Source: Mobula hypostoma
Lineage: Eukaryota
Direction of reading: 5' to 3'
Length of the DNA stretch: 64,000 nt
Assembly: GCF_963921235.1 (NCBI RefSeq)
Contig: NC_086108.1
Location: 108,936,001-109,000,000 of the forward strand
Below, one piece after another: positions 25,659-37,479 of the stretch. The notes beneath the pieces are model-generated. The model made no database searches. It worked only from the letters and a program-made list of their open reading frames with translations, and was not told the DNA's origin. A program made the position numbers and the translations under genes. Within the stretch, counting starts at the first letter, position 1, and each line of letters opens with the position of its first letter.

Positions 25659-27884
25659 ATAGAAACATAGAAACATAGAAAATAGGTGCAGGAGTAGGCC
25701 ATTCGGCCCTTCGAGCCTGCACCGCCATTTATTATGATCATGGCTGATCATCCAACTCAGAACCCAGCCTTCCCTCCATACCCCCTGACCCCTGTAGCCA
25801 CAAGGGCCATATCTAACTTCCTTTTAAACATAGCTAATGAACTGGCCTCAACAGTTTGCTGTGGCAGAGAATTCCACAGATTCACCACTCTCTGTGTGAA
25901 GAAGTTTTTCCTAACCTCGGTCCTAAAAGGCTTCCCCTCTATCCTCAAACTGTGACCCCTCGTTCTAGACCTCCCCAACATCGGGAACAATCTTCCTGCA
26001 TCTAGCCTGTCCAATCCCTTTAGGATCTTATACGTTTCAATCAGATCCCCCCTCAATCTTCTAAATTCCAACGAGTACAAGCCCAGTTCATCCAGTCTTT
26101 CTTCATATGAAAGACCTGCCATCCCAGGAATCAATCTGGTGAACCTTCTTTGTACTCCCTCTATGGCAAAGATGTCTTTCCTCAGATTAGGGGACCAAAA
26201 CTGCACACAATACTCCAGGTGTGGTCTCACCAAGGCCTTGTACAACTGCAGTAGTACCTCCCTGCTCCTGTACTCGAATCCTCTCGCTATAAATGCCAGC
26301 ATACCGTTCGCCTTTTTCACCGCCTGCTGTACCTGCATGCCCACTTTCAATGACTGGTGTATAATGACACCCAGGTCTCGTTGCACCTCCCCTTTTCCTA
26401 ATCGGCCACCATTCAGATAATAATCTGTTTTCCTATTTTTGCCACCAAAGTGGATAACTTCACATTTATCCACATTAAATTGCATCTGCCATGAGTTTGC
26501 CCACTCACCCAACCTATCCAAGTCACCCTGCATCCTCTTAGCATCCTCCTCACTGCTAACACTGCCACCCAGCTTCGTGTCATCCGCAAACTTGGAGATG
26601 CTGCATTTAATTCCCTCATCCAAGTCATTAATATATATTGTAAACAACTGGGGTCCCAGCACTGAGCCTTGCGGTACCCCACTAGTCACCGCCTGCCATT
26701 CTGAAAAGGTCCCGTTTATTCCCACTCTTTGCTTCCTGTCTGCTAACCAATTCTCCACCCACACCAATACCTTGCCCCCAATACCGTGTGCTTTAAGTTT
26801 GCACACTAATCTCCTATGTGGGACCTTGTCAAAAGCCTTTTGAAAATCCAAATATACCACATCCACTGGTTCTCCCCTATCCACTCTACTAGTTACATCC
26901 TCAAAAAATTCTATGAGATTCGTCAGACATGATTTTCCTTTCACAAATCCATGCTGACTTTGTCCGATCATTTCACCGCTTTCCAAATGTGCTGTTATCA
27001 CATCCTTGATAACTGACTCCAGCAGTTTCCCCACCACCGACGTTAGGCTAACCGGCCTATAATTCCCCGGTTTCTCTCTCCCTCCTTTTTTAAAAAGTGG
27101 GGTTACATTAGCCACCCTCCAATCCTCAGGAACTAGTCCAGAATCTAACGAGTTTTGAAAAATTATCACTAATGCATCCACTATTTCTTGGGCCACTTCC
27201 TTAAGCACTCTGGGATGCAGACCATCTGGCCCTGGGGATTTATCTGCCTTCAATCCCTTCAATTTACCTAACACCACTTCCCTACTAACATGTATTTCGC
27301 TCAGTTCCTCCATCTCACTGGACCCTCTGTCCCTTACTATTTCTGGAAGATTATTTATGTCCTCCTTAGTGAAGACAGAACCAAAGTAATTATTCAATTG
27401 GTCTGCCATGTCCTTGCTCCCCATAATCAATTCACCTGTTTCTGTTTGCAGGGGACCCACACTTGTCCCCACCAGTCTTTTCCTTTTTACATATCTATAA
27501 AAGCTTTTACAGTCCGTTTTTATGTTCTCTGCCAGTTTTCTCTCATAATCTTTTTTCCCCTTCCTAATTAAGCCCTTTGTCCTCCTCTGCTGAACTCTGA
27601 ATTTCTCCCAGTCCTCAGGTGAGCCACTTTCTCTGGCTAATTTGTATGCTACTTCTTTGGAATTGATACTATCCCTAATTTCTCTTGTCAGCCACGGGTG
27701 CACTACCTTCCTTGATTTATTCTTTTGCCAAACTGGGATGAACAATTGTTGTAGTTCATCCATGCAACCTTTAAATGCCTGCCATTGCATATCCACCGTC
27801 AATCCTTGAAGTGTCATTTGCCAGTCTATCTTAGCTAATTCATGTCTCATACCTTCAAAGTTACCCCTCTTTAAGTTCAGAACC
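25659..27884 (-). mobile_element. CR1 LINE, very young, 5'-truncated, uninterrupted RT frame
   Basis: The 748-aa ORF 25757-28003 is CR1 only up to 27884; its first ~40 aa are flank. (TTTCTATG)n tail. About 99.6% identical to 29431-31648. Confidence 0.97.
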
Positions 27885-28440
27885 ACTGTCAACATACATT
27901 TAAGGTGAGCTGGAGAGAGTTTAAAGGAGGTTGTTTTCACACAGCACTCTGTCAAAGTGCTGTTGGATGTGGTGATATTGATCCGTTCTACTTTGGAAGT
28001 CAAGAATGAGGCATAACATTTGGTATTTATGAATGTTTTATTTGGTGATACGGGAATAAAAAAAAAGACAAAGAATAATAAGTTGTGGTCATCTCATACT
28101 CAAGTTCAAAGTTCAAAGTAAATTTATCATCAAAGTGCATTTATACAACCTGAGATCTGTTTCCTTACAAGCAATCACAGTTAAGCACAAGAAACAGAAT
28201 AGAACCAATAAAAGACTGCTTCCAGTAGAATGGACAAACAACTAATGTGCAAAAGACAACAAACTATGCTAATAGATTTGTGAATGATCAGGGCATGAAG
28301 GGATGCGGGGAGAAGGCAGGGGAATGGGACTGAGAGGGAAATGAATCAGACATGATGAAATGGAGGAGCAGACCCGATGGGCCAAATGACCTAATTCTGC
28401 TCCCATATCGTATTGTCTTATGGTCAAATAGCCATGAAAC

Positions 28441-31400
28441 ATTGCCCCACTGCCTTCTTAGCCACTGGATCTTGTAGCTGATCTCATCCAGCCAGTGCGC
28501 TGGAACCGGCTTCGCATGCTGGAGTAGACATAACCCTATCTCACCGTAGTTCCTGGCTACCCTCACCTGGTTTAGCCCGCCTGTTGGAGCGGTGTAGAGG
28601 GGTGCGGCCTCTGTCACATGTGAACAGTTACGTCGGGCCACAGGAAAGACAGGAAAGAGCTGGGTGGCAGATGGGGACCAAGGTGGGTGCGCTGCACCCC
28701 TCCCCTCCCGGGTGGAGGACGACAAGTCCACTACCAGAGGTGCTACCTGTCCCTGGACACCCCATACACACCTGACATGGCACAGAAGGCGTCACGACTA
28801 TCCACTGCAGCCCAGAAAGTCATCAATTTTTCGCGCCATTGGACCAAGATTTTTTGAGACCGAGAGAGAGGAAGTAACCCCAGTGCAATGACTGTTTCAC
28901 TATAAAACTCCTTGCACACAGGCTTTACTCCATACAGCTTTTCACCCAATTCATGTCCTGCACTGACAGGAGAGGTAACCACTGGCAGTCACGGCTTCAA
29001 ACCTGCATGCAGGGTGTCTGAGTACTTCCATCGTCCCACTCTGATCCCAGGGCAATGGAGTAGTTTGGCGCATCCCAGGTGACTGAGCAGCCCTATTCAG
29101 GATCAGCACTGCTCTCCCTCAAACGGGAGATGGGACTAGAAAGGGTGTCTCAAAAATTACTTGCCCCACCAGCGGTTGAAAACACGTCGCAAAGGAAACG
29201 GTTTTCGAAACATGGGACGTTCAAACCCTTATGCATGGACCATGGGATGGTTTTTTGAACCAACATGTCGAGGAACCGACTAGAGAGCAGGCTATTCTGG
29301 ACTGGGTTTTGAGCAATGAGGAAGGGTTAATTAGCGATCTTGTCGTGAGAGGCCCCTTGGGTAAGAGTGACCATAATATGGTGGAATTCTTCATTAACAT
29401 GGAGAGTGACGTAGTTAATTCAGAAACAAAGGTTCTGAACTTAAAGAGGGGTAACTTTGAAGGTATGAGACATGAATTAGCTAAGATAGACTGGCAAATG
29501 ACACTTCAAGGATTGACGGTGGATATGCAATGGCAGGCATTTAAAGGTTGCATGGATGAACTACAACAATTGTTCATCCCAGTTTGGCAAAAGAATAAAT
29601 CAAGGAAGGTAGTGCACCCGTGGCTGACAAGAGAAATTAGGGATAGTATCAATTCCAAAGAAGTAGCATACAAATTAGCCAGAGAAAGTGGCTCACCTGA
29701 GGACTGGGAGAAATTCAGAGTTCAGCAGAGGAGGACAAAGGGCTTAATTAGGAAGGGGAAAAAAGATTATGAGAGAAAACTGGCAGAGAACATAAAAACG
29801 GACTGTAAAAGCTTTTATAGATATGTAAAAAGGAAAAGACTGATAAAGACAAATGTAGGTCCCCTGCAAACAGAAACAGGTGAATTGATTATGGGGAGCA
29901 AGGACATGGCAGACCAATTGAATAATTACTTTGGTTCTGTCTTCACTAAGGAGGACATAAATAATCTTCCAGAAATAGTAAGGGACAGAGGGTCCAGTGA
30001 GATGGAGGAACTGAGCGAAATACATGTTAGTAGGGAAGTGGTGTTAGGTAAATTGAAGGGATTGAAGGCAGATAAATCCCCAGGGCCAGATGGTCTGCAT
30101 CCCAGAGTGCTTAAGGAAGTGGCCCAAGAAATAGTGGATGCATTAGTGATAATTTTTCAAAACTCGTTAGATTCTGGACTAGTTCCTGAGGATTGGAGGG
30201 TGGCTAATGTAACCCCACTTTTTAAAAAAGGAGGGAGAGAGAAACCGGGGAATTATAGGCTGGTTAGCCTAACGTCGGTGGTGGGGAAACTGCTGGAGTC
30301 AGTTATCAAGGATGTGATAACAGCACATTTGGAAAGCGGTGAAATGATCGGACAAAGTCAGCATGGATTTGTGAAAGGAAAATCATGTCTGACGAATCTC
30401 ATAGAATTTTTTGAGGATGTAACTAGTAGAGTGGATAGGGGAGAACCAGTGGATGTGGTATATTTGGATTTTCAAAAGGCTTTTGACAAGGTCCCACATA
30501 GGAGATTAGTGTGCAAACTTAAAGCACACGGTATTGGGGGTAAGGTATTGGTGTGGGTGGAGAATTGGTTAGCAGACAGGAAGCAAAGAGTGGGAATAAA
30601 CGGGACCTTTTCAGAATGGCAGGCGGTGACTAGTGGGGTACCGCAAGGCTCAGTGCTGGGACCCCAGTTGTTTACAATATATATTAATGACTTGGATGAG
30701 GGAATTAAATGCAGCATCTCCAAGTTTGCGGATGACACGAAGCTGGGTGGCAGTGTTAGCAGTGAGGAGGATGCTAAGAGGATGCAGGGTGACTTGGATA
30801 GGTTGGGTGAGTGGGCAAACTCATGGCAGATGCAATTTAATGTGGATAAATGTGAAGTTATCCACTTTGGTGGCAAAAATAGGAAAACAGATTATTATCT
30901 GAATGGTGGCCGATTAGGAAAAGGGGAGGTGCAACGAGACCTGGGTGTCATTATACACCAGTCATTGAAAGTGGGCATGCAGGTACAGCAGGCGGTGAAA
31001 AAGGCGAACGGTATGCTGGCATTTATAGCGAGAGGATTCGAGTACAGGAGCAGGGAGGTACTACTGCAGTTGTACAAGGCCTTGGTGAGACCACACCTGG
31101 AGTATTGTGTGCAGTTTTGGTCCCCTAATCTGAGGAAAGACATCTTTGCCATAGAGGGAGTACAAAGAAGGTTCACCAGATTGATTCCTGGGATGGCAGG
31201 TCTTTCATATGAAGAAAGACTGGATGAACTGGGCTTGTACTCGTTGGAATTTAGAAGATTGAGGGGGGATCTGATTGAAACGTATAAGATCCTAAAGGGA
31301 TTGGACAGGCTAGATGCAGGAAGATTGTTCCCGATGTTGGGGAGGTCTAGAACGAGGGGTCACAGTTTGAGGATAGAGGGGAAGCCTTTTAGGACCGAGG

Positions 31401-32210
31401 TTAGGAAAAACTTCTTCACACAGAGAGTGGTGAATCTGTGGAATTCTCTGCCACAGCAAACTGTTGAGGCCAGTTCATTAGCTATGTTTAAAAGGAAGTT
31501 AGATATGGCCCTTGTGGCTACAGGGGTCAGGGGGTATGGAGGGAAGGCTGGGTTCTGAGTTGGATGATCAGCCATGATCATAATAAATGGCGGTGCAGGC
31601 TCGAAGGACCGAATGGCCTACTCCTGCACCTATTTTCTATGTTTCTATATACAGAAGACACTTTAAAATGCTGGAACTCTTCCATACACCTAACCTGAGA
31701 TCAATCCTGGGCATCCATCAGCAGGACTGTGTCACCAACCTGGAGGTCCTCGAAAAGGCAGAGGACACAAGCCCAGTTTCACTGGACAGGGCATGTAATA
31801 CACATGGTGGATTCCAGAATACCCAAACAATTGCTATACGAAGAGCTGTCGCAAGGAAGAAGAGACGGGGTCGACCTCATAAGACATTCAAGGACTGTGT
31901 GAAAGCCAATCTCGTGCTTGCTGACTTTGGACTGAAGCAGCTTGAACAGAGTGCTCAGGACCGGACAGGATGGTGTGCCCTGGTGAAAGGAGCCCCTAGC
32001 GACTTCGAGAATAGTCACCATGCAGATCGGGTCACTGCCCGAGAGAGGAGAAAAATGGCCACATCGTTGCCTCAGCAGCGGCCGGATTGTTTACCTGCCC
32101 TCACTGTCGGCACTCGTGCCTTTCTGGAATCGGGCTGGAGAGCCACCTCAGAACGCATAATTGATGAGCTGCACAGACAAATGTCATCATCGGAAATGTC
32201 AAACAACCAA
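28441..32210 (+). mobile_element. Internally deleted RTE-clade LINE, split by CR1 29243-31648
   Basis: FETWDVQTLM (about 29204-29233, resembling the TWNVRTL APE start) is joined to AWTIYRRHFKMLELFH..LRSILGI, then WTGHV..RIPKQLLY and CPHC..GLESHL. The 5' boundary is approximate. Confidence 0.75.
29243..31648 (+). mobile_element. CR1 LINE, very young, 5'-truncated, uninterrupted frame (end of APE plus RT)
   Basis: ORF 29231-31558 (775 aa) has EPTREQAILD, GKSDHN, YLDFQKAFDKVPH and FADD; tail ttttctatgtttctat. Confidence 0.97.
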
Positions 32211-34116
32211 CAACATGTAAGAAATATAAGCAGATGTAAGAAAGTTAAGCTACAAGGATAATATGAGAAAGATAATTCTACACACTAATCCAACGGTGCC
32301 TGAGGTGGTAGTGGAAGCAGATACAACAGTGGTGGTTAAAACACCTTTAGACCGGTACATGAATATGCAGAAAATGGAGGGATATGTATTATGTGCCAGA
32401 AGAAGGGATTTAATTTAATTTGTGGACGGCACAGACTTGATGGGCCAAATGCATTCAGTGCTGTGCAGACATTGTCCCTCCAGTGCTCTAGCTAAAGGTC
32501 CTTCCTCATCCTGACTGGTGTACACTTTAACGGATATTAAGCACTCTGCCTAGCACTCTGAGGCACATTGGGGTGGAGGAACTACATCGTAAGTTTATTT
32601 TTCACTGAGAGTAGAGGTGTCCTGTGCAGATGAGTAATTTGTGAATGTTGGACATACAATCACATTTCCTCCTTGACATTAACAGAGGCCCTTCTGACTA
32701 TCTAATCTAGTATGCAAAGCAACCCCATTAGTCCCTGTAGTCCTCTTCCTTCTCACACTCTCACCAACTCCACCTGGCTTTCCTCTTACCCTTATTATCC
32801 ATATTCCTCCATTGTCTGCACATCTTTCTAACCCTAACCCATATGTTTCTGGGAGATGGGAGGAAACCTAAGCCACCAGAGGAAACCTACAGGGAGCACA
32901 TACAGACAGCAGCAGGAACTGAACCCCGATCAGTAACTGTTGGCACAGTGAAAGTTTTACACTAACCGCTACAGTACCCATTATTGTAAATCTCCTCTTC
33001 ACTCTGGGACCTATCTAGTAAATCACATCTTCACTCATTCCAAGGCCTTGACATCTTCTCCGAAGTGCAGTCCTCAGAATCACAACAATACCCCAGCTGA
33101 GCATAAAGTCATTTTAATAGTCTGCTGGAACGCTGGAACAAATGATTGAGTAGGCTCATGTGTAGTGACAATTGCAACTTGCCCCAGAGTTCGAACCATT
33201 TCATACCCTGTGGATGGAATTATATTTACTCAAGGCCATAATAGACCTATATCTTGAACCACTATATAAGTAAAGCAATAATTCACCGATCATATACACA
33301 GGATATCTGAAAGATCTTTACGGGCAAGTGGAATTTCTGAAGGCCCCTGTAGTAATGCAGCTGGTAATCAATTGCAAGGTCCAACAAGTGACAAATAAAA
33401 ATCAAATTATAATTTACAAATGCTGCAGGCAGACTGTCACTAACACTCAGGGACTTGGGCTATATTATTATTTTTCTTTATATTATTATTTTTGTAACTA
33501 TGTTTTTCTGCTATCATATTAAATGTGTTATATGTGCTGTGTGTGACTGCTGGCACTATGTTTTGTACCTTGGCCCCTGAGGAACCCTGTTTCGTTTGGA
33601 AGTATTCATGGTCAAATAGTTCAATTTCAAATTGTTTAAAAGTGTACGGTTTAATGACAATTAAACTTGAACTTGGACTTGAAAATTATTGAAACATTTG
33701 GCAGGAGGGGCAACAACTGTGCACGGAGTGTGCAGGACGTTGGTATATGTGTGGGTGGGTGGGTGGGTAGAAGGGACGGGGTTTGTTTTGCCGTCACTTG
33801 CTTGAGTTCTGTTTTGTCGTGTCCTGCGTGTTCTGCTGAACATTGTGGGGATGTCACGCTGGCGCCGGAATGTGTGGTGACACTGGTGAGCTGCCTCCCA
33901 GCATACCCTTGGGTGTGTAGATTATTAACACAGGGGACACATTTCACTGTACGTTTCAAAGTACATGTGATCAATAAATCTGATTCTTGGATCTTGAAAA
34001 TGGTGAGGTCTAGTTGGGAATATTGTGTTCGGTTTTCTTCACTCTAGATGCCATTACACTGGAAAGAGGGGAGAGAAGATTTAAGAAGATTGTGATATAT
34101 GTTTCGTGGGTGCACC

Positions 34117-34415
34117 CTGTGGGCACGTGGCCAAGTGGTTAAGGCATTGGACTAGCTACCTGAAGGTTGTGAGTTTGAGCCCCAGCCGAGGGAACGTGTT
34201 GTGTCCTTGAGCAAGGCACTTAATCACACATTGCTCTGCGACGACAGGTATGGGTCCTAATGCCCTTCCCTTGGACAACATCGGTGTCGTGGAGAGGGGA
34301 GACTTGCAGCATGGGCAACTGCTTGTCCTTCCATACAACCTTGCCCAGGCCTGCGCCCTGGAGAGTGAAGACTTTCCAGGTGCAGATCCATGGTCTCGCA
34401 AGATTAACGGATGCC
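34117..34415 (+). mobile_element. tRNA-derived SINE with CORE-like body
   Basis: A box tggccaagtgg, B box gagtttgagcc, body gtgtccttgagcaaggcacttaa. A 14-bp TSD ttc(g/a)tgggtgcacc lies at 34103-34116 and 34416-34429. Confidence 0.8.
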
Positions 34416-34619
34416 TTCATGGGTGCACCGTGATCCAGAGGAACATTGTTTTGTTTAGTTGTATACAGGTACAGTCCAATGACAATGAATTTCAATTTAA
34501 ACAACTTGAAGTAATTTCTTCTGGTTTTGGACAGAGCAGTTGCCTTTCCAAGTTGTGAAGCATCCAGAGAGGATCCGTAAGAAGCAGAGAGAGCTGAAGA
34601 TGAAGAGACTTGCATCTCA

Positions 34620-34968
34620 AACATGAGGATTCCGCCATCGGCGAGTGCAGAGTTAGAGGACAGGACATTAGGATTCCATCATCAGCGAGTATGCAATTCG
34701 AGGCATCGACACTGGGGTCTCACCATTGGTGAGTCCAGAGTTTGAGACCTGGACAATTGGGTCCTGTCATCAGTGAATCCAGAGCCCAAGACCTGGACGT
34801 TGGAGTCCCATCAATGGAGAGCCCAGAATTCGTGACTTGGATATTGGGGTCATGTCATTGGTGAGTCTGAAGTGCGAGAGCTGGACATTGCGATCCTGTT
34901 ATCAGCGAGTCTGCAGTTCGAGACCTGGACATCAGGGTCTTATCATCAATGAGTATGGAGCTTGAGGA
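34620..34968. repeat. Diverged 44-bp tandem array, 8 units
   Basis: Unit starts at 34620, 34664, 34708, 34752, 34796, 34840, 34884 and 34928, an exact 44-bp spacing. Confidence 0.88.
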
Positions 34969-36739
34969 CTCAGTGGCCACTTTATTAGCTATCACCTATA
35001 TCTAATAATATGGCCACTGAGTGTATGTTCGTAATCCTTTGCTGCTATAGCCCAGCGGTCCCCAACCACCGGGCCGCAAAGCATGTGCTACCGGGCCACG
35101 AGGAAACGAGATGATTTGGCGATATGAGTCAGCTGCACCTTTCCTCATTCCCTGTCACGCCCTCTGTTGAGCTTGAACGCACACGAGGTCATTACCCGCG
35201 CATCATCCATGTCAGCGCGGGAAGGAGATCAACTTCTCGAGTTTGAAAATGACGACGGGCTGAAAAGTATGTTTGACATAACATCTCTGCCGGCATTCTG
35301 GATCAAAGTCAAGGCTAAATATCCTGAGATAGCCATGAAAGCACTGAAAACGTTGCTTCCATTTCCAACATATCTCTGCAATGAATGCAACGGAAACTAA
35401 ACTGCGGAATCGACTGGACATAAGGAACCCCCTTCGAGTATCGCTGTCTCCCATCACCCCTCGATGGGACCGTCTTGTTGTTGCAGGAAAACAAGCCCAG
35501 GGCTCCCACTGATTCAGCAATATTAGCGTGTTTCAATTATTTTATATGTTCATACAGGGAAAATATGTGCTGTGTGTTTAATATCCAAACGTTACTTAAA
35601 ATGCTATAAACTTATAAGTGACTTATATAACCATATAACCATGTAACAATTACAGCATAGAAATAGGTCATCGCTGCCCTTCTAGTCCGTGCCGAACACT
35701 ACACTCACCTAGTCCCACCGACCTGCACTCAGCCCATAACCCTCCATTCCTTTCCTGTCCATATACCTATCCAATTTTTCTTTAAATAATAATATCGAAC
35801 CTGCCTCTACCACTTCTACTGGAAGTTTGTTCAACACTTACTTCAAGCTCCCCTGTCCTCCCCGATAATTGACTTATCACTATATCCATGCGAGGAAAAT
35901 ATGCGCTGTGTGTTTAATATTAATTTCATTAGATAAACCTTTTTAGAAACGAAATTGAGTGTATTAGCCACTTATCACCTATATTCCGGTCGTGATTAAC
36001 ACTCCCCCCCCCACCCCCAAACAGAATCACAAAAAACTATTTGTAGAAAAAAATCGGCACGTACACGCATGCGCAAACAGGTGCCCACGTAAGGCTTTAT
36101 GGTCATGGTAGTCTTTCTTGGGGTAAACACAACGTATTTGACTGCTAGTCCTGTCCGTTGGCAACCCTACCCCCCCCCCCAGGTCGGCCGGTCCGCAAGA
36201 ATATTGTCAATAATAAAGCGGTTCGTGGTGCAAAAAAGGTTGGGGACCCCTGCTATAGCCCATTCTATTCAAGGTATATGTATTGTGCATTCAGAGCTGA
36301 TCTTCTGCACATTACTGTTGCAAAACGTGGTTATTTGAGTTACTGTTGCCTTCTTGTTTCCATCAACCAATCTAACTATTCTCATCCGCCCTCTCATATT
36401 AAAAAGGCATTTTCAGCCACAGAGCTGCCACTCACCTGAATTTTTTTGTTTCTGCACCATTCTCTGTAAACCCTAGAGACATGTGCATGAAAATCCCAAG
36501 AGATCAGCTGCTTCTGAGATACTCAAACCACCCCATCTGGCACCAACAATCATTCTACAGACAAAGACACTTAGATCACATTTCTTCTCCATTCCAATAT
36601 TTGGTCTGAACAACAACTGAACCTCTTGACCATGTCTGCATGCTTTTATACATTGAGCTTCTGCCACATGATTGGCTGATTAGATATTTGCATTAAAGAG
36701 CAGGCACACAGGTATACCTAATAAAGTGGCAGCTCAGTG
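34968..36739 (-). mobile_element. Non-autonomous Tc1-family transposon, host of a hAT insertion
   Basis: TIRs actcagtggccactttattag / ctaataaagtggcagctcagtg followed by TA. HTH remnant MEKKCDLS..MIVGAR.GGLSISEAADLLGFS in ORF 36473-36667. An extra internal TIR lies near 35002-35023. Confidence 0.85.
35053..36252 (+). mobile_element. Non-autonomous hAT (Charlie/Buster-type) transposon
   Basis: TIRs cagcggtccccaacc / ggttggggacccctg; perfect 8-bp TSD ctatagcc (35045-35052, 36253-36260, NNNTANNN pattern); dimerisation-domain remnant FWIKVKAKYPEIAMKALKTLLPFPTYLC..KQAQGSH. Confidence 0.92.
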
Positions 36740-37289
36740 TACATCCGTATCGTTCATACCACCTTGATTTTTCCTGATTAAATAGACCTCAATTAGGTTT
36801 CCAATTAGCCTCCTTTATTCTCAAGGTAATAACCCTAGCCTTAAAACAAGCTAAAATGCTCATATTCCTTGCTCCCTCCATTCTCAAATGGATTAAAAAT
36901 CAATTCCTTTAAAATGCATTTTAAGAAATTGTTATTGAATGTTCATGAAGATAATTTTTGGTCAATTTAAACCCTGTAAATCTGCTCTGATTATGAGCTC
37001 TGCTAGATTGCAATGCTTCAGAGCAGGAAAAAAATTGGTTCTTACTTTAAGTTCATTCTGGTGATGTGCCCTGTAATCTGCTGTTAATTATATTTGATTA
37101 ATATGTACCACTCATTCACCATTAAATGACAGAAATATTCTAAAAATGGAAACAAAGTCTGCAGCTGTCACGGAAGCAATTTGGATACAAAATTCCATCG
37201 AAAGTGATACGCAGGAAGGGCCAAATCATGGTTAAGGATCTGTCACTTCATTTCGCAATCTGGAGATGCCTCATTTCACAAGACGGAAG

Positions 37290-37445
37290 AACTTACGTTG
37301 ATGCAGTATTTTTTTTTCCCGTGCTCTCAAAGTGCTCTACACTCAGTGAAGTGACTTTGAAGACGCGGCTGCTCTTGGAAAGAAATGGGTTGCCAACCCA
37401 CCCAGGTTGTACAATCTCCCACAAAGAGTGATCAGGTAAATCAGA
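37290..37445 (-). mobile_element. Possible ancient Deu-domain SINE relic (SacSINE1/AmnSINE1-like)
   Basis: caaagtgctctaca..tgaagtgactttgaag..ctcccacaaa..gatcaggtaa resembles, from memory, the reverse complement of the 3' part of these SINEs; highly diverged. Confidence 0.4.
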
Positions 37446-37479
37446 CATCAGATCATGGAACGCAATGGAACAAGAGATG

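Noticed and set aside
27885..28003. Novel N-terminus of the 748-aa ORF
   Set aside because: It is flanking sequence that happens to be open in frame upstream of the CR1 truncation point.
31587..32261. 224-aa ORF as a host gene
   Set aside because: It is a chimera of the CR1 3' UTR and frameshifted RTE sequence.
34121..34190. tRNA gene
   Set aside because: It is the head of a SINE, with a downstream body and a TSD, and has no intact cloverleaf.
34620..34968. CRISPR array interpretation of the regular 44-bp spacing
   Set aside because: Whole units are homologous, there are no unique spacers or cas genes, and the context is eukaryotic.
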